Source: Naegleria gruberi | Lineage: Eukaryota | Length of the DNA stretch: 64,000 bases | Assembly (NCBI GenBank): GCA_000004985.1 | Contig: GG738864.1 | Strand: one strand, 5' to 3' | Shown here: one piece after another, positions 10,796 through 24,212 of the stretch | Layout of the letters: each line of letters starts with the position of its first letter | How positions within the stretch are numbered: the stretch's first letter is position 1 | Program-made: the position numbers and the translations under genes | Notes under the pieces: model-generated | What the model was told of the DNA's origin: nothing | Seen by the model: the letters and a program-made list of their open reading frames with translations, nothing else | The model's database searches: none

Positions 10796-13700
10796 TCAAT
10801 AGTCAAATAAATCATTCAAAGTTTCAAGTATTGACATGATTGGTGGTCGTTTCTCTTCCTCAGCTTTCCAACACTCCTGAATTAATCCACATAGACTGTA
10901 TACTTTGCTAGCTTCCAATGAATCAAAAGTTTGTGGATTATTTCTCTTACACCACTGAAAACATTCTTCCTTAGAATGGAAAGGGATGAGAGGTCTGAGA
11001 TTATCTTGACAAATCTTACTGGTGAGGAAGGGAGTACTTGGGAATTTTCTTTCCTTATCAAGATTTAATCGTTGTAAAGTTCTTGGTTCAGTGTAAGTGT
11101 AGGCATCTTGACATTCGAATAATAATTGCCACATGATAATGCCAAATGCATAAACATCACATGATTTGGCATCTTGAATAGTTCCATTAATCAATTGAGG
11201 GCTCATGAAATTATGTGTACCAATCAAGTGTGTCATTATTGAATTATTCTTATCTGACATTTTGCGTGACAATCCAAAATCACATAATTTACAAATTCCA
11301 TCTTTGGTTAATAAAACATTTCCTGGTTTGAGATCTCTGTGGACAATTGGAGTTGGTAAAGTGTGTAAATACTCAATACCTCTTGCAATACCTAAAAACA
11401 TTTGAATTTTACGATCAAATGTCATTATGACAGTTCCCTTTTCTAACTCATGAATTACATCAACTAGAGATTTGTCCAATCGTTCCATTACTATAAATCC
11501 CTTGTTAGGCATTATTGAAACTCCATAGAAAGATGTAATATTAGGATGTCTCAATTTGACCAGTATTTTGACCTCATTGATAAATTCCTGATCTTGAATG
11601 TCAGAATCCATTTCGAATACTTTTACAGCAACACTAATTCCTTTCCACATACTTTCTATAACCATTCCTTGTCCTCCTTTTCCAAGTCTCTTTCTATTTC
11701 TCAAGTCCAAATCACCAATAGGAATGATAAAATCATTTTGTGGACTAGATTCTGGATCTTGCAGCTCTATTGGTTTGTAATCATCACCAAATAACAATTG
11801 CTTTGATAGAGAATCTGCATCTCCAATAATTTTCTTCTGTTTTCCATATTTTCTGCACAGGAATACCAATAAAGACACCAATAATATCAAAAGTGCTAAA
11901 AAGACAATACTCAAAACGATTGGAACAATTGCTGAAATAACGGAATCATTCTTTTCACAATAATCTCCAGAAGATCCACTTAAACATTTGCAATCATCCA
12001 CGGAATTACACATTCCACGACCACTACATACGTTTGGATCATTCTGTGCTAAGCCATAACACATGGTAAATTGGCATTGGTTTCCTGTATATCTATTCTT
12101 ACTGCATGTACACTTATCAATATCGGTGCAATTTCCTCGACTTTTGGCACCTCCACACGCATCCGGGTTGACCTTTCCATAGCAGGTTGCAGTTTCACAA
12201 TTACTTCCCAAATATTGATCACTATTGCATTTGCAAGAGTTGGATGATTGGCATGTTCCTCTTCCATTACACACGTCCTTATTTGCATTGGTCAATCCAA
12301 AACACACAGGTATATCACATTCCTTTCCAGTAAATCCAGATTGACATTCACATTGATTATATCCTATGCATTTTCCTTTTCCACAAGCATCCCCCTCTGT
12401 TTTTCCATAACAAACAGGCAAACACAATGTGAAATTATCATTCAAAATGTAGCCATTAATTTCACAGTGTGGTGTCAATGTATAAATTGCTGTTCGAGTG
12501 CAATAAATGATTGAGCCAGTAAGTGGGTCGAATTCAATATCTAAGGCATTCTCATTCAGATTTGAAATAGTTTCCACTTCTCTTTCTGATTTGATTAAAC
12601 TAATTTTCCTTCCATATTTGTGAAGGACAATTATTTTGTTATCTAAATTGAATACAGGTGAAAATGGACCCTCCAATCCTGATTCAGCAATTGTTGTAAT
12701 TATTCCATTCTTATTAATTCTTCTAATTCTGTCATTTAACATGTCGCAAAATACTAGATCTCCGAAATCATTAATCAATAGTCCAGTAGGTTTGTTGAGA
12801 GAGGATTTCGTTGCTTGGATGTAGTTCGATCCTCTACCAACATCTCCGTCTCCTGCAAGAGTTGTCAGCATGCCATTTCTGTCAAGTTTTCTAATATTTG
12901 AAAATAAGTCATCTGTGAAATAAACAACATTGAAACTATCCACAACAACAGAATATGGATAAGCAATGCTCAATCTTTCAGTAATATTATCTCTTCCGTA
13001 TCCACCTAAAAATCATTTGATTAGAATCTTTGAGATTCTATGAAAATTTCAACATACCAGAAATGAATGTAATTTCTTTAGTTCTAATTGAATCTTCACC
13101 AGTCATGTTCAATCCTAAAACTCGGTGATTTCTCGAATCTAGAAAATAAAGCATGTCGCCATCCACAAATAAACCTTTAGGGCTGTTCAATTTAATCTTT
13201 GCTGGACTAGTGTCTCTGTTAAATCCAGAAACTCCAACTCCAATTGCTGTTGAAATAAAATGTGAATTCACATTAATTAGTCTAATACGATTATTGAAAG
13301 TATCTGAAACGAAAATTAATTCATTTCCATCGTGATCTGTATAATATTCAGCAAATGTTGGATAGAGAAAGCTGATAAAATTATTAGAAAGACTATGAAA
13401 GAAGCACATGTACTCACCTTGCACTCAGGGAGGAGCCACCATCACCTCCATAACCATCGCTTCTTCCTGCTATTGTTTGAGTATTGGAATTGGCATTGCC
13501 ATTTTGTAAAATTATCTTTCTAATTCTATGATTTGCTAATATAATTAGAATAGTTTGGAAAATTTGAAAACTTACCAGAATCTACAATATACAAATGGGT
13601 AATCTTCTCTGGTTTTTCAACACATAATAAACCATACGGTTGATTGAATGCTGATGCAAGAGGAGCCCCATCAATATATCCTTGATATCCAACACCTGCT

Positions 13701-15577
13701 AATAAGTATCCTCTAGTTTCTTTTAAAGGAAATTCCAAAATACGATGATTGAATGTATCTGAAACATATAGAGTATCTGAATTTGCAGAATATTTAATGT
13801 CAGTAGGAGCATTCATTTGGATTGCACGTCTTGGCTTACCACTATATGGAATAGCTGACCCATCATTGGGAATGGTGAATGTTGGAATTCCAGCAAATGT
13901 ATCAATTATTCCAGTAAGTAACGAAACGTTTCTGATCAATCCATTTCTTGAATCCACAATATACATGACATTTTTCACTATGCATAATCCTTTAGGAGTG
14001 GATAACTGAGCATTAATAGCTAATCCTCCATCACCACTAAATCCAGATTGTCCAGTACCGGCTACAACATAGATTTTCCCCTCTTTGGTAATTTTTCTCA
14101 CCATATTATTTCCTGATTCAGTGAAATAAATATTTCCATCATCTGCTTTGTAAATCGATAAAGGGGTGTCCAGAACTGCATTACTGGCATCCATTCCATC
14201 TTTCTGCTTATTTTTTTTCGAAGAATCAATTAGTACTGTTTTAACTTTCTTCTTGATAACAGCTAAGGATGTGACAGAGGTTTCTGGATCAATAGATGTC
14301 ACGTAAACGCTCTCATCTTCTCCTAAATCGAGCTCTGTATAAATTACACTTTGAGATGAGGAAATTTCAGTACTACTACCCTCCAAAGAGGATACTCTTC
14401 CTGTTGTGAGCGAAATATTTCGAATAATATTACCATCAGTCACGTACAAATTCCTCAATAGTGGAGATAAGGTAATTTTCTCCATTCCCGAAAATCCATA
14501 TTTTAACATGGGTATTCCGTCTAAACTCAATCCATCCTCTGAGAAGATTTTCATCAGATTTCCATTAATAATTGTTAAAATTGCATCGTGATAGGCAATG
14601 AATACATTACTTCCAATATACATATCAGTTACTTCTCCTAGTTCAACTTTGAGGGCAGGTCCATAACTGTACTCTGTTGAATCCTTTCCAGAACCAACAA
14701 TTGCCTTACTTGTTCCATTTCTATTAATTTCGAATATTCTCTGGTAGCAAAAGGCAAATAATTGATCTTGATAAATAGTGGAGGTTCTTAAAATTGTTTT
14801 TGAATTGATAAATTCTTCTTGGTTATTACCAGCTATGGTTACATTCATTGAAAATAGATATTTTGGTTGATTGCCAATTTCATCAAGAATAATGTAGAGA
14901 GAATCATCCTTCAACACGACGAATATTTCATTAGAATCCAAATTAATCGACATGGTAGCTATTGTCATATTAAAAGCAGCAACAGGTTCCGTCCTCAACT
15001 CATTCGTTGTAACATTAAAAGCCATAATCCTATTCGAATCGGCAAAATACAGCATTCCTCTATTAATGACTGCTCTGAGTGGTGGATTGGTCAATTGAGT
15101 TGGTTTCACAAGTGTAGTTGCCTTCCCTGACTTGGTATCAAATTTCCTAATGGCAGGTATTCCTTTATCAATGAAATACACTTGATCATAGGCAATTCCA
15201 TCATCATGAATACTTTTCGAAATGAAAATCGATGAAGGATTTGAAATTAAAGTACCATTCCAACCACCCTGTTTGCTATTAAATGGTTTTCCATACTCTC
15301 CAATCACAGTTTCCACATCACCACTCGACATGTTCACTCGCATGATGCTATTTTTCGAATGTGAAAAGTAGAAACAATTTGGATGAGAAACGGATGGAAA
15401 TACAGAGAGAATATTTCCGAGTTGAATATCTTGGGATTGAGCCAAGATGTTTTCTGCATAATTTACAGGAAGGGACAATTGGGATTGAACGTGATGATGA
15501 TGATAGAAACAAAGAAGAAGAAATGAAACTAAACAAAACGTGAATGATGTGAATAGTTGCATTTTTTTAAATATCAT
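10796..15577 (-). CDS. Receptor Ser/Thr (TKL-type) kinase, about 1525 aa: signal peptide, NHL beta-propeller repeats, four or more tenascin/teneurin-type EGF repeats, one TM helix and a cytoplasmic kinase (paralogue A)
   Basis: Exons are 15577..13576, 13470..13419, 13371..13058 and 13005..10796. Introns are 13575..13471 (GTAAGT...caatag), 13418..13372 (GTGAGT...ttatcag) and 13057..13006 (GTATGT...tttttag). The splice-restored junction reads ...IVDS|AGRSDGYGGDGGSSLSAS|FLYPTF.... NHL motifs recur (SDTFNNRIR, DSRNGLIRNV). The EGF repeats follow CxGxxxxDxxVCxGRGxCxxxxxCxCxxxxxGxxC. The TM helix is IVPIVLSIVFLALLILLVSLLVF. Kinase motifs are LGKGGQGMV, VAVK, HRDLKPGN and DFGLSR. Confidence 0.7.
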
Positions 15578-16422
15578 AGTGGAACCCGCTCATTGACAGC
15601 AGTTACTTACTCACCTTTCACTGCTGTTGAACTGACCATACCTGGAAGTTAAATAGTGATGGAATACGCTAAATAGTACGAACAAAAGATATTACACAAA
15701 TTACAATAACACAAAACCTCACAAGATGAAAGATTTATACAGCTCTTGCTATGAGAAGGGATTTTGGTTTTGTCAACACACGGTGTTGTTAACAATGTGC
15801 TGTTTACAGTGGTAATCATATCATCTTCGTGCTACTATCTTCTTCAACAACATGATGAGGTGTGGCTCCAAGTCTTTCTACTCACCAAACCAGAAGTTTT
15901 GCACGTAGATTTTGGTGAGTTAAAACAATATATTCTATTAATTCTAAAGAATATTCATCTTCTCTTGCGTTCGTCTTATCATACTTTTTGCAAATAAATA
16001 TTACCTGATGAGAGGGTTGGGTCATATTGCCAACAAGCGTTGCTGGTTTGTTGAGAGTGTTCAAAGTAGCAATTACCACATGTTGTTCTAGAAACAACAG
16101 TACTTCTGGGTTCTTGTACATGAACCTTCATTACCAACAATTTCAAGTAAATGGGCAGGCACTTACTAGATGATGTTTTGGTGAATGTAGTAATGGCTGG
16201 TGTGGAAGGAAGCAAAGGGATAGTCTCAAGGTAGCATGCTGCAGATTGGTATAGCGATGATGAAATCGTGATGAGTTATTATTGTTTTTTTGTTGAATAT
16301 TTAACGGTCAAAACAAACAACTTTCAGCGCGAAATTACAACATAACTACAAAAAACAATAAATTCAAGGTATAGACAAGTGTAGTAACCCCATCAAGGAA
16401 AAATACTTGTTGTGAATGTAAT

Positions 16423-16494
16423 CCCGTGTAGTCCAATGGCTAGGATACCTGGCTTTCACCCAGGAGGTCCGGGTTCAATTCCCGGCATGGGAGG
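16423..16494 (+). tRNA. tRNA-Glu (anticodon UUC)
   Basis: The sequence is tcccgtgtagtccaatggctaggatacctggctTTCacccaggaggtccgggttcaattcccggcatggga. It folds as a cloverleaf with a 7-bp acceptor stem (one G-U pair), anticodon loop cuUUCac and T-loop GGTTCAATTCC. The 3' flank is AT-rich. Confidence 0.9.
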
Positions 16495-16566
16495 ATAATT
16501 TTCCATTTACGATTTAATGTTTATTTCTCACGTTTTTTTAAAAGAAAGTCAATTATATATTCCCAA

Positions 16567-17511
16567 TCATGGCTTCTTACTTGTTTTTTTCTTAATGCAA
16601 ATCTTCTTCTTAATTGACTTGCAACACTTCTTCTTTCCACCAACTAATTTGAATTTCTTACAAATCTTCTTTCCCTTTGAACGTTTCAAGCATTTCTTAT
16701 AATACTTCTTCTTGATACATCTTGGTGGAATGACAATTGACTTTGCACAATACTTCTTCTTTTGATATTTGACACATTTGGAAATAGTCTTCTTGTGCTT
16801 ACAGAACTTGATTGTCTTATGCTTGGCACAGAAGAATTTCTTCTTAATGAGACAACATTTCTTGATGGATTTTCTCTCCTTACAATATTTAACCTTCTTA
16901 TACTTGGCACATTTCTTTGCCCATGCAACAATCTTGCACTTTTTAACATATCTACATTTGGCGACCTTCTTTTTGTAGGAATCAATAGTGTACTTGTCGC
17001 AAATCTTCCTCTTTTCACACTTCTTGATTGGAACCTTCTTGAATTTCTTACAGACCTTCTTAACTCCCTTCTTGAAACACTTGTTGATAATCTTGTGTTT
17101 GGCACAGAATTTCTTGAAACTCTTCTTGATGCAAATCTTTCTAGTTCCATAAGAATCACAAACTTTCCAATACTTCTTCTTGGCACATCCAACAATCTTG
17201 TACGCGTGCAAGACACACTTCTTTGTTGGCTTGCTGTACTTGTCACATTTGGAATATTTCTTATGTTTGAGACATTTGCCAGCACCGACGATGGCATATT
17301 TATCACAGACTTTCTTTTGACCGACGAGTTTGTGTTTCAAACACTTCTTAATCCACTTGTGCTTTAAGCATTTTCTCTTACAATGCTTTGGTTTGTGATA
17401 CTTGTCAACTATGGCGACTGGAGGTTTAGTTCGATAGGTGTCACTTGCTTGAACTGAGAGGATTGCAAGTAAGAGAAGAATTGCAAATGAAAAGATTAGA
17501 TTTGCTTTCAT
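16567..17511 (-). CDS. Secreted, extremely Lys/Cys-rich low-complexity protein (314 aa)
   Basis: ATG at 17511. The N-terminal signal peptide is MKANLIFSFAILLLLAILSVQA. The mature region is roughly 35-40% Lys with a Cys every 6-10 residues, in patterns such as KKC-x-KHK, CxKxK and KKCCK. Overlapping ORFs on both strands are mirror artefacts of the AAG/AAA/TGC repetition. Confidence 0.5.
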   Translation of the reverse strand: MKANLIFSFAILLLLAILSVQASDTYRTKPPVAIVDKYHKPKHCKRKCLKHKWIKKCLKHKLVGQKKVCDKYAIVGAGKCLKHKKYSKCDKYSKPTKKCVLHAYKIVGCAKKKYWKVCDSYGTRKICIKKSFKKFCAKHKIINKCFKKGVKKVCKKFKKVPIKKCEKRKICDKYTIDSYKKKVAKCRYVKKCKIVAWAKKCAKYKKVKYCKERKSIKKCCLIKKKFFCAKHKTIKFCKHKKTISKCVKYQKKKYCAKSIVIPPRCIKKKYYKKCLKRSKGKKICKKFKLVGGKKKCCKSIKKKICIKKKTSKKP

Positions 17512-17736
17512 TTTTTTTTGTTATTGGATGGAATAGTTCAACAAGTGGGTGATAATTTAAACCCTTTCGAATAGTTTTGCATTAGGAACAAACTAAAACA
17601 AGTTGCATGTAAGGTTCCAATTTTGGATAGAAAGCTGATCTCCATTCGAAATCTTTAACTAATTCAATTTGCAATTCATCTTTCAAAAGAATTCATAATC
17701 TTAAGGTATTGTTTCTCAGAAAATCATTAGATTAAG

Positions 17737-19119
17737 ATGAATCTTGAGTTGCATCGTTTGAAACGCGAACTCATTTCTAATGAACTTTCCAATAAAAAAT
17801 CATCAAAAAAAATGTCAAAAGAACTGCTCATTCAAGACACTTACGAATTTGTGGATATTTTCTCTCAAGTTTTCCAATTCATGGAAATTAAAGATATCTA
17901 TCCACTACAAAGAGTTTCTGGTTTCTTCTATCGGATGATTGAAAACTTGAAGGAAACTTACATTCGTCCAGTTTACGAAATCGGAGTTGTGGCCACAAAC
18001 GAAGAGCAGTTAGAAAATTTTATTCGAATCTATTTAAATTCATCACAACCACCAAAGAAATATCCAACAATGGACGAATTTATTGCTTCGGATAATTTCA
18101 CAGACGAAATTGCTTCCATTAATAATGTTTTTACAGTTTATGAGAAATACGAAAGGCAGTTTATTTTCAAACAAGATAGATTTAGGGCAATTTTCTATCC
18201 GATTCTGTGTCATAGACATGGAAGTTTGGGAAGAGATGAGCTGAATAGATTGGAAGGGTTTATTTTCCTTTCGCCAGAATATTCGACAGGTTATGCACTC
18301 ATGCCTGAGGGTGTTGATATTTGTGCAACTGTTTTGGATGATCACTATTATTCCAGTAAGCATTTCGTTAAGGAGGAAGAAAAGGAAAAGCTTACAGATA
18401 GAGGATTAGGATTTGTTAAAAATCCAAATTCGAATCCACCAAATACGAATCCACCTTTTGTAAAATTGAAGAAAATTCGAATGCCAGTCATTGAATTTGG
18501 AACTGTTGAAGTGGATGAGAAAGTTTACAAGTACCAGGAGGAATCTCTTGTACAATGCTTAATGTATATTGTGAGTCATTCTAAGAGATGTCTAGATTTG
18601 GATCACTCACTTTCGAATAAGAAACAAAATATGGAAGAATTGAAAGGTTCTCAAAAATTATTTGAAAAAATTACAAAATTAATCAAATTGAAAGATGAAG
18701 AGTTGATGAAAACATTGAAAAGTCTTTTCAAAAATCGATTTGAATATTACAATTTGTTGACCACAGACAATTTGGTCTACATGACGAAACGTCTATGTTT
18801 CTTCCACATTCCTCTTGGAGTTCAAGTTGTTTTATTGAAGAAATTATACACTACACTTGTAAAGAATACTGCATCCCTTTCTGTTAATAATGGAAAAGCT
18901 TCTGTCAAAGTGGAAAGTGAATTTATCAGTGTCCAGTACAAGCAATTAGTTTCCACCGACGATTATGAGTATGTTTATGGATATCATACAAGGAAAAATA
19001 AGAAGGACATTCGGATGGTAACTATTCGATTCTATTATGGAGAGAAAATTGAATTTAAATATGAAAATATTGGAAAGGAAAATACCACACAAAAAGAAGA
19101 TAAATGTTCTTTACAATAG
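17737..19119 (+). CDS. Hypothetical protein (460 aa)
   Basis: ATG at 17737 (MNLELHRLKRELISNE) and an uninterrupted ORF to TAG 19119. It is Lys/Glu-rich. I recognised no domain. A short hydrophobic motif near the N-terminus weakly resembles an F-box. Confidence 0.45.
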   Translation: MNLELHRLKRELISNELSNKKSSKKMSKELLIQDTYEFVDIFSQVFQFMEIKDIYPLQRVSGFFYRMIENLKETYIRPVYEIGVVATNEEQLENFIRIYLNSSQPPKKYPTMDEFIASDNFTDEIASINNVFTVYEKYERQFIFKQDRFRAIFYPILCHRHGSLGRDELNRLEGFIFLSPEYSTGYALMPEGVDICATVLDDHYYSSKHFVKEEEKEKLTDRGLGFVKNPNSNPPNTNPPFVKLKKIRMPVIEFGTVEVDEKVYKYQEESLVQCLMYIVSHSKRCLDLDHSLSNKKQNMEELKGSQKLFEKITKLIKLKDEELMKTLKSLFKNRFEYYNLLTTDNLVYMTKRLCFFHIPLGVQVVLLKKLYTTLVKNTASLSVNNGKASVKVESEFISVQYKQLVSTDDYEYVYGYHTRKNKKDIRMVTIRFYYGEKIEFKYENIGKENTTQKEDKCSLQ

Positions 19120-19159
19120 AGTTGAAAAGAGCTGTCAAAAAAGGAAAATAATTGAAATT

Positions 19160-22100
19160 TTATTTGAAATAATTGAGGGAAAGAAGTTGAGATGCATTTG
19201 GTCTTTGTTTTGAATCTTTTTCTAACATTTGCAATACAATTTCAATTAAATCATTCGAATATTCATTATCATTGGATTGTTTCATTTGTTTTGTTAGAAT
19301 GTTGATTGCGTTTTGTGATTGAATTCCCATCAACAAGTTGCTGATTGATGTTTCCTTGTCTTTTGTCATGATTTGATAAATTGAAACACCCAAAGAGAAA
19401 ATATCAGTATTAAAGGAATAGGAACTGCCAAGGGCAATTTCTGGACTCATATCTGAATGGTTTAGTTTCGTCTAAATAAAAAAATAAACTTACATAAAGG
19501 AGTTCCAGCATAGGATTGACCTTTTGATTCTTGAAACTTTTTAGCCAATCCAAAATCTGCCAAAACAATTTCAATTTTTTCACTTTCCAACTTTTTTATA
19601 AATATATTTGTTGGCTTAATATCTCTATTTTTCCAAAATTGATTTTACAAATTCCTAATATATACTTACCTATGAATAATATGCATCTCCTCATGAACAA
19701 GTTTCAATGCACTCAACATTTGTTTCAATATTTGCTTCAATAATTTCTCACTCACTACTTCGTCGTGTTTCAATAAATTTGTCAAATCTCCACATTCATA
19801 ATAATCCATGTCAATAATCAATAAATTGTCGTTGGTGATGAAATAATCATTCACCTTGATGATATTTGGATGATTGATATGGCTCAATTGGGATGCCTCT
19901 TTCATGATGGTATTCAAATCAGTGAATGATTCAAATCTGATAAGTTTGATTGCTTTCAGTTTGTTTCCATGTTTAATATCTGAAACTTTGAAAACACTTC
20001 CAAATGCTCCTTGTCCAATTCTTACAATATTCGAATATCTTGAGAAGGGATTTTCTTCAGAACTACTGGACGAGCCATTTGATGAAGAAATAATCATTGA
20101 GCTGGTGGAAGGAAATTCATTATCCGAAAGTTCAATATTGTTAGTATTGACCTGAACAATTTCCAATTTCTTATTCTTTCTTTTTCTTGAATTGAAGCAC
20201 ATTACCATAATGACTACTATTACAATTATTGTAAACAAAATTAATAAAGATCCAACAATAGGAATAACAATTGCAACTATTAATACTGATGAGTTGGTCG
20301 ATAATTGTCTTGCAATCTTAGTTATTTCACAATACTTTCCTTCAAAATCATCTTTACATTGACACGTGTCAAAATCCGAACAAATTCCATTTCCATTGCA
20401 AACACTTGAATTAGTTGCCAAAGTTCCATTACAATTCAATAGCATATCACACGTATTATTCCAAGTATTGAAAACATAATTTTCCTCACATTGTGGAATA
20501 ATCTTTCGAATATAAGTTGTTGCATCAATGAAGAAAATTTCACCTGAACTTTCGTCAAATTCAACTTGTTTTGTGAAGGAAGTAAATATTGTATCGGAAC
20601 CCTTTCCATCTCCATTGAATGCAGGAGAGGATGACCTCTTTCCAGCCAAGTCAATCAATAATCCACTCTTTTTCTCGTACATTCGAATAAGATTAGGAGC
20701 GCCTTTACTAGTTACTGTTCCATCTAACAATATAATATCACCATTCTTCTTGACAAAGATAGCAGAGGGGTTATCAATCGAAGATTCTAGTGCTGGTAAT
20801 CTGTCTCCTGAATATCCTTGAGAGAAAGTTCCCACCAAAGTTCTCAAATAAAATTGATTATTCGAAATCTTTTCAATTCTTCTAATGGTTTCCATTGTAC
20901 TTAAATAAAGATTTCCATCAATATAAAAAAGTGAAGTAATTAATCCAGGATACGTTTGAAAATTAACAACTATTCCGTCAGTAGATATTGGATTTGAGGA
21001 ATTGAACGTAAATTCCAGATTTAGTAGTTGAGTTTCCAAGCTGTATCTGTAAATATGCAAGATGTCTGATATTACTAAATCACCATTTGATTCATCTATT
21101 GTAAACCCTGACATTGCATTTGGTGGACAAGGTGAAAGTGTTCCCTTGACATTTGGTACAAAAGCTCCACAAGCACTTCCAATCACTCTTTCATAATTCA
21201 TAGTTTCTGGATCAAGTCTGATAATTCTACATGTTTCCTTAATGTATATCTTGTTATCAAATTTGGAAAGTTTACCAAAAGTTTTTAAACCAAGTATTGA
21301 CATGGTGATTGTCAAATAAGGAAAATCAAAAACTGGAATAGAAGGCAATAAAAACCAGCTAAGTGAAATTGACTTGCCTGTTTTTTCGTCAAACTTTTTT
21401 AAAACTCGATAATTATCAATGAAATAGTTTATCTTTTTAGCCGAATCTCTCATCAACAAAACAGGACTCAATGTTTTAGCTAATGGATTGAGTCCAGCTA
21501 TGGTTTTGATTGTTCCATTTGAAATTTCACTGATATAATTGGAGCAGGAGATGTAAATTCTTGAATCTTCTCTGTTCACTTGAATTGCATAACTTTGTAT
21601 TTGATTGTAATCTAATTTCAGTTTACAAAAATTACTTACGTTGCTGAAGTTTCAATAGGAATGTCATCACCATTGAATCCAGATGTATAAATATTAGTAT
21701 TTGAAATGTTAACCGCATCAAGTCCAACAATTTTCTTTAATGAAAGTGAATCCCATGAATATTCATAAACTTGTGAATAAATATAGAAATAGAAAATTCT
21801 GCCAAATGTAGTAAATCCATTAAATGATATATCTGATATTTTTCTAATACTAGTTGTATAATTTCCATTCTTATAATCAATATATTCATAAATACTGTTA
21901 CCAGAATAATATAACAGAGAATTAGTTCCATTTATGGTTAAATCTGGAATAACACGTATCAAACCTAACCCAGGGATATCAATTTTCAGGATATACAATA
22001 GATTGGATTTGTGAAAAACTGAAAAGGTTTGAACGTAAGTTTGATAATAAATTGTTGAATTCTCATAGGAATCCCCTGTTGCAGTAATGGCACTCGAATA

Positions 22101-23547
22101 ATATTTTGGATCGTGAACAAGTGTCAAATTTTGAGTTTCCATATTGAATACGTATAATCCCAAATTTATACTACCAGTAATCAAAATTTCTCCATTTCCA
22201 AAATGATGTAAAAAGCCAATTGAGAAGAAAATTCGACTAGGTTTGTTGGAGGGGTATTTCAATTCTTTGGAAGAGCCAAATACTGTTGTCATTTTCCCAT
22301 TCGAAACCTTTCGAATTACTAAAGATTGTTCAACAAAATAGAGATCGTTCTTGTATCGAAATGGAAATGTAGTAGCTCCGTAAGTGTACATTTTGAGAGG
22401 TGAAATATTTTCACCATACGGATGATTGATTATTCCACCTGCAAGTGTAGAAACCATCTTGCTTTGTAAATCAATCTTTCGAATACAACTGTTCGATTTA
22501 TCCGCAACCAAAATTGAATTACGAGTCACAATCAAAGAAGAAGGTTCATAAAACTTGATACTAGAGGTATCATATAATTGATTATCACCTTCATATCCAC
22601 TTTCAGATACAGAACTTCCAATAAATAAAAGAGTAGAGGATGATTTTTCCTTTTTCATCTGAATGAAATGATTTGATTGTGAAGAGGTGTAAATTTCACC
22701 TTCATTCGAAACATAAATTCCATATCTGAAAGTAAATATTAAATTTCATCATTATTACTATTCGAAACTTACAAATTAGATTGAGATAATCCTCCATCCA
22801 CAATTCTATAAAATCCATTTTCATCAATTGACTTGACTCTTTCCTCATCTGTGAAATATACAATATCATTCTTTCCATTATTAGAATAAACATATATATT
22901 CTTTGGTGATTTTAAAAGTAATGACTTGGCATCAACTCCATCATAATCTCCATTTAGATAACCACCTCCTCCTAATATGGAAAGTGTTTGAGTGGCAATT
23001 TCATATTTCCAAATTAAGTTATTATTAGTATCTGCAATGTAGGCATTTCCATTCTTTGAAACACTGACACCTTTTGGTTTGTTAAAGGTATGCGAAATGG
23101 AAGAAACCAATTTGGTCGAATACGAAACTATTCGAATCATATCATTCAAAGTATCGGCAATAAACAAATCACCATTCAATGGATTCACTGCCACAGATGT
23201 TGGTGTATTCAGTAGAGTACCAACAGCACTCTGTCCATCTCCATTAAACCCACTCGTTGTAAATCCAGCATAAACTTCCAAAGTTGACCAATTTTGATCA
23301 TAAATTCTATAAATTAAATGTCTTTCAATATCAGAAATATAAATCTCACCATTCAATCCTTCACATAATCCACTCGGTGATAACATGTAAGCAAATTTCG
23401 CATCCACCACATCAAAATTAGTTGTACTTCCTTCAATTGTTTTGGTTGAGTAATATTTCACATTCTTCGATCTTTCCACAGCAGCACATGTGCTGGCCAA
23501 CAAGTTGCTGAGCAGGAGTAGTAGTAGTATTGAAGTGGTGACCTCCA
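19160..23547 (-). CDS. Receptor Ser/Thr (TKL-type) kinase, about 1400 aa: signal peptide, NHL repeats, EGF-like module, TM helix and kinase (paralogue B)
   Basis: Exons are 23547..22773, 22725..21640, 21592..19670, 19624..19494 and 19452..19160. Introns are 41-47 nt and all use GTAAGT donors: 22772..22726, 21639..21593, 19669..19625 and 19493..19453. Splicing restores ...HEEMHIIHR|DIKPTNIFIKK...DFGLAKKF...GTPLY|MSPEI.... The signal peptide is MEVTTSILLLLLLSNLLASTCAA. The TM helix is VLIVAIVIPIVGSLLILFTIIVIVVIMVM. Kinase motifs are GQGAFGSV, AIK, HRDIKPTN and DFGLAK. Confidence 0.7.
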
Positions 23548-24212
23548 TTGAAAGACACCTGCCAACTGTCGCATGTCTTGAGTAATGGTACAACATGTTT
23601 GCTTTATTTTTGTTTATTTTGAACAATACATCTTGTGCGTCTATTTCCGAATAATCAATGTGGGTTAAAGGATAATTGTTCCAACTCCATAACAGATGTT
23701 GTAAAGAAATTGATGTATGGTGATTGGATGAATATTCCTCTTTTTTGGCAAGTTTCGTCATCATCTCATGCGGGTAAATTAGTGTTACTGTACCGTTGTA
23801 GTAGCTCGAACATTCTATGTTCAAAGGATTAGTCTAAATTCGAATAAAAATTAAAGATCTAATTAAACTCCACATGATTCATTTCTTGTGTAATATGCAA
23901 ATTATCAGCAATAGATTCAGGAAATTGTAAACTCCATCTTCATGATCCAATTCATAATATTCATTGTTTTCCAAATTTACAATAACTGAACAAACAAACC
24001 TTGCTTCAAAAAATCAACCAAACTCTCGTAATACCTTGCTTGGTTTTCGTTCCAACAATTCATCTCTTGCTGTAAATTAAGATGAATTACTGTGTGATCA
24101 AGTTTTTTCCTTAGATTCTAGTTGTAAAAGAGAATTCTCCATTTCTAAAAGAGATCCAAAGGAGGATTGACTAAAGTGCATACATATAAGTGTTAAAGTG
24201 ATTGTTTATTAA

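Noticed and set aside
16686-17367. Long ORFs on both strands (16762-17367 on the plus strand, 16686-17306 on the minus strand) overlapping the K/C-rich gene
   Set aside because: They are frame-shifted or antisense readings of the same AAG/AAA/TGC low-complexity repeat, giving Ser/Arg-rich or Leu/Phe-rich translations. Only the frame with the signal peptide and ATG at 17511 looks genuine.
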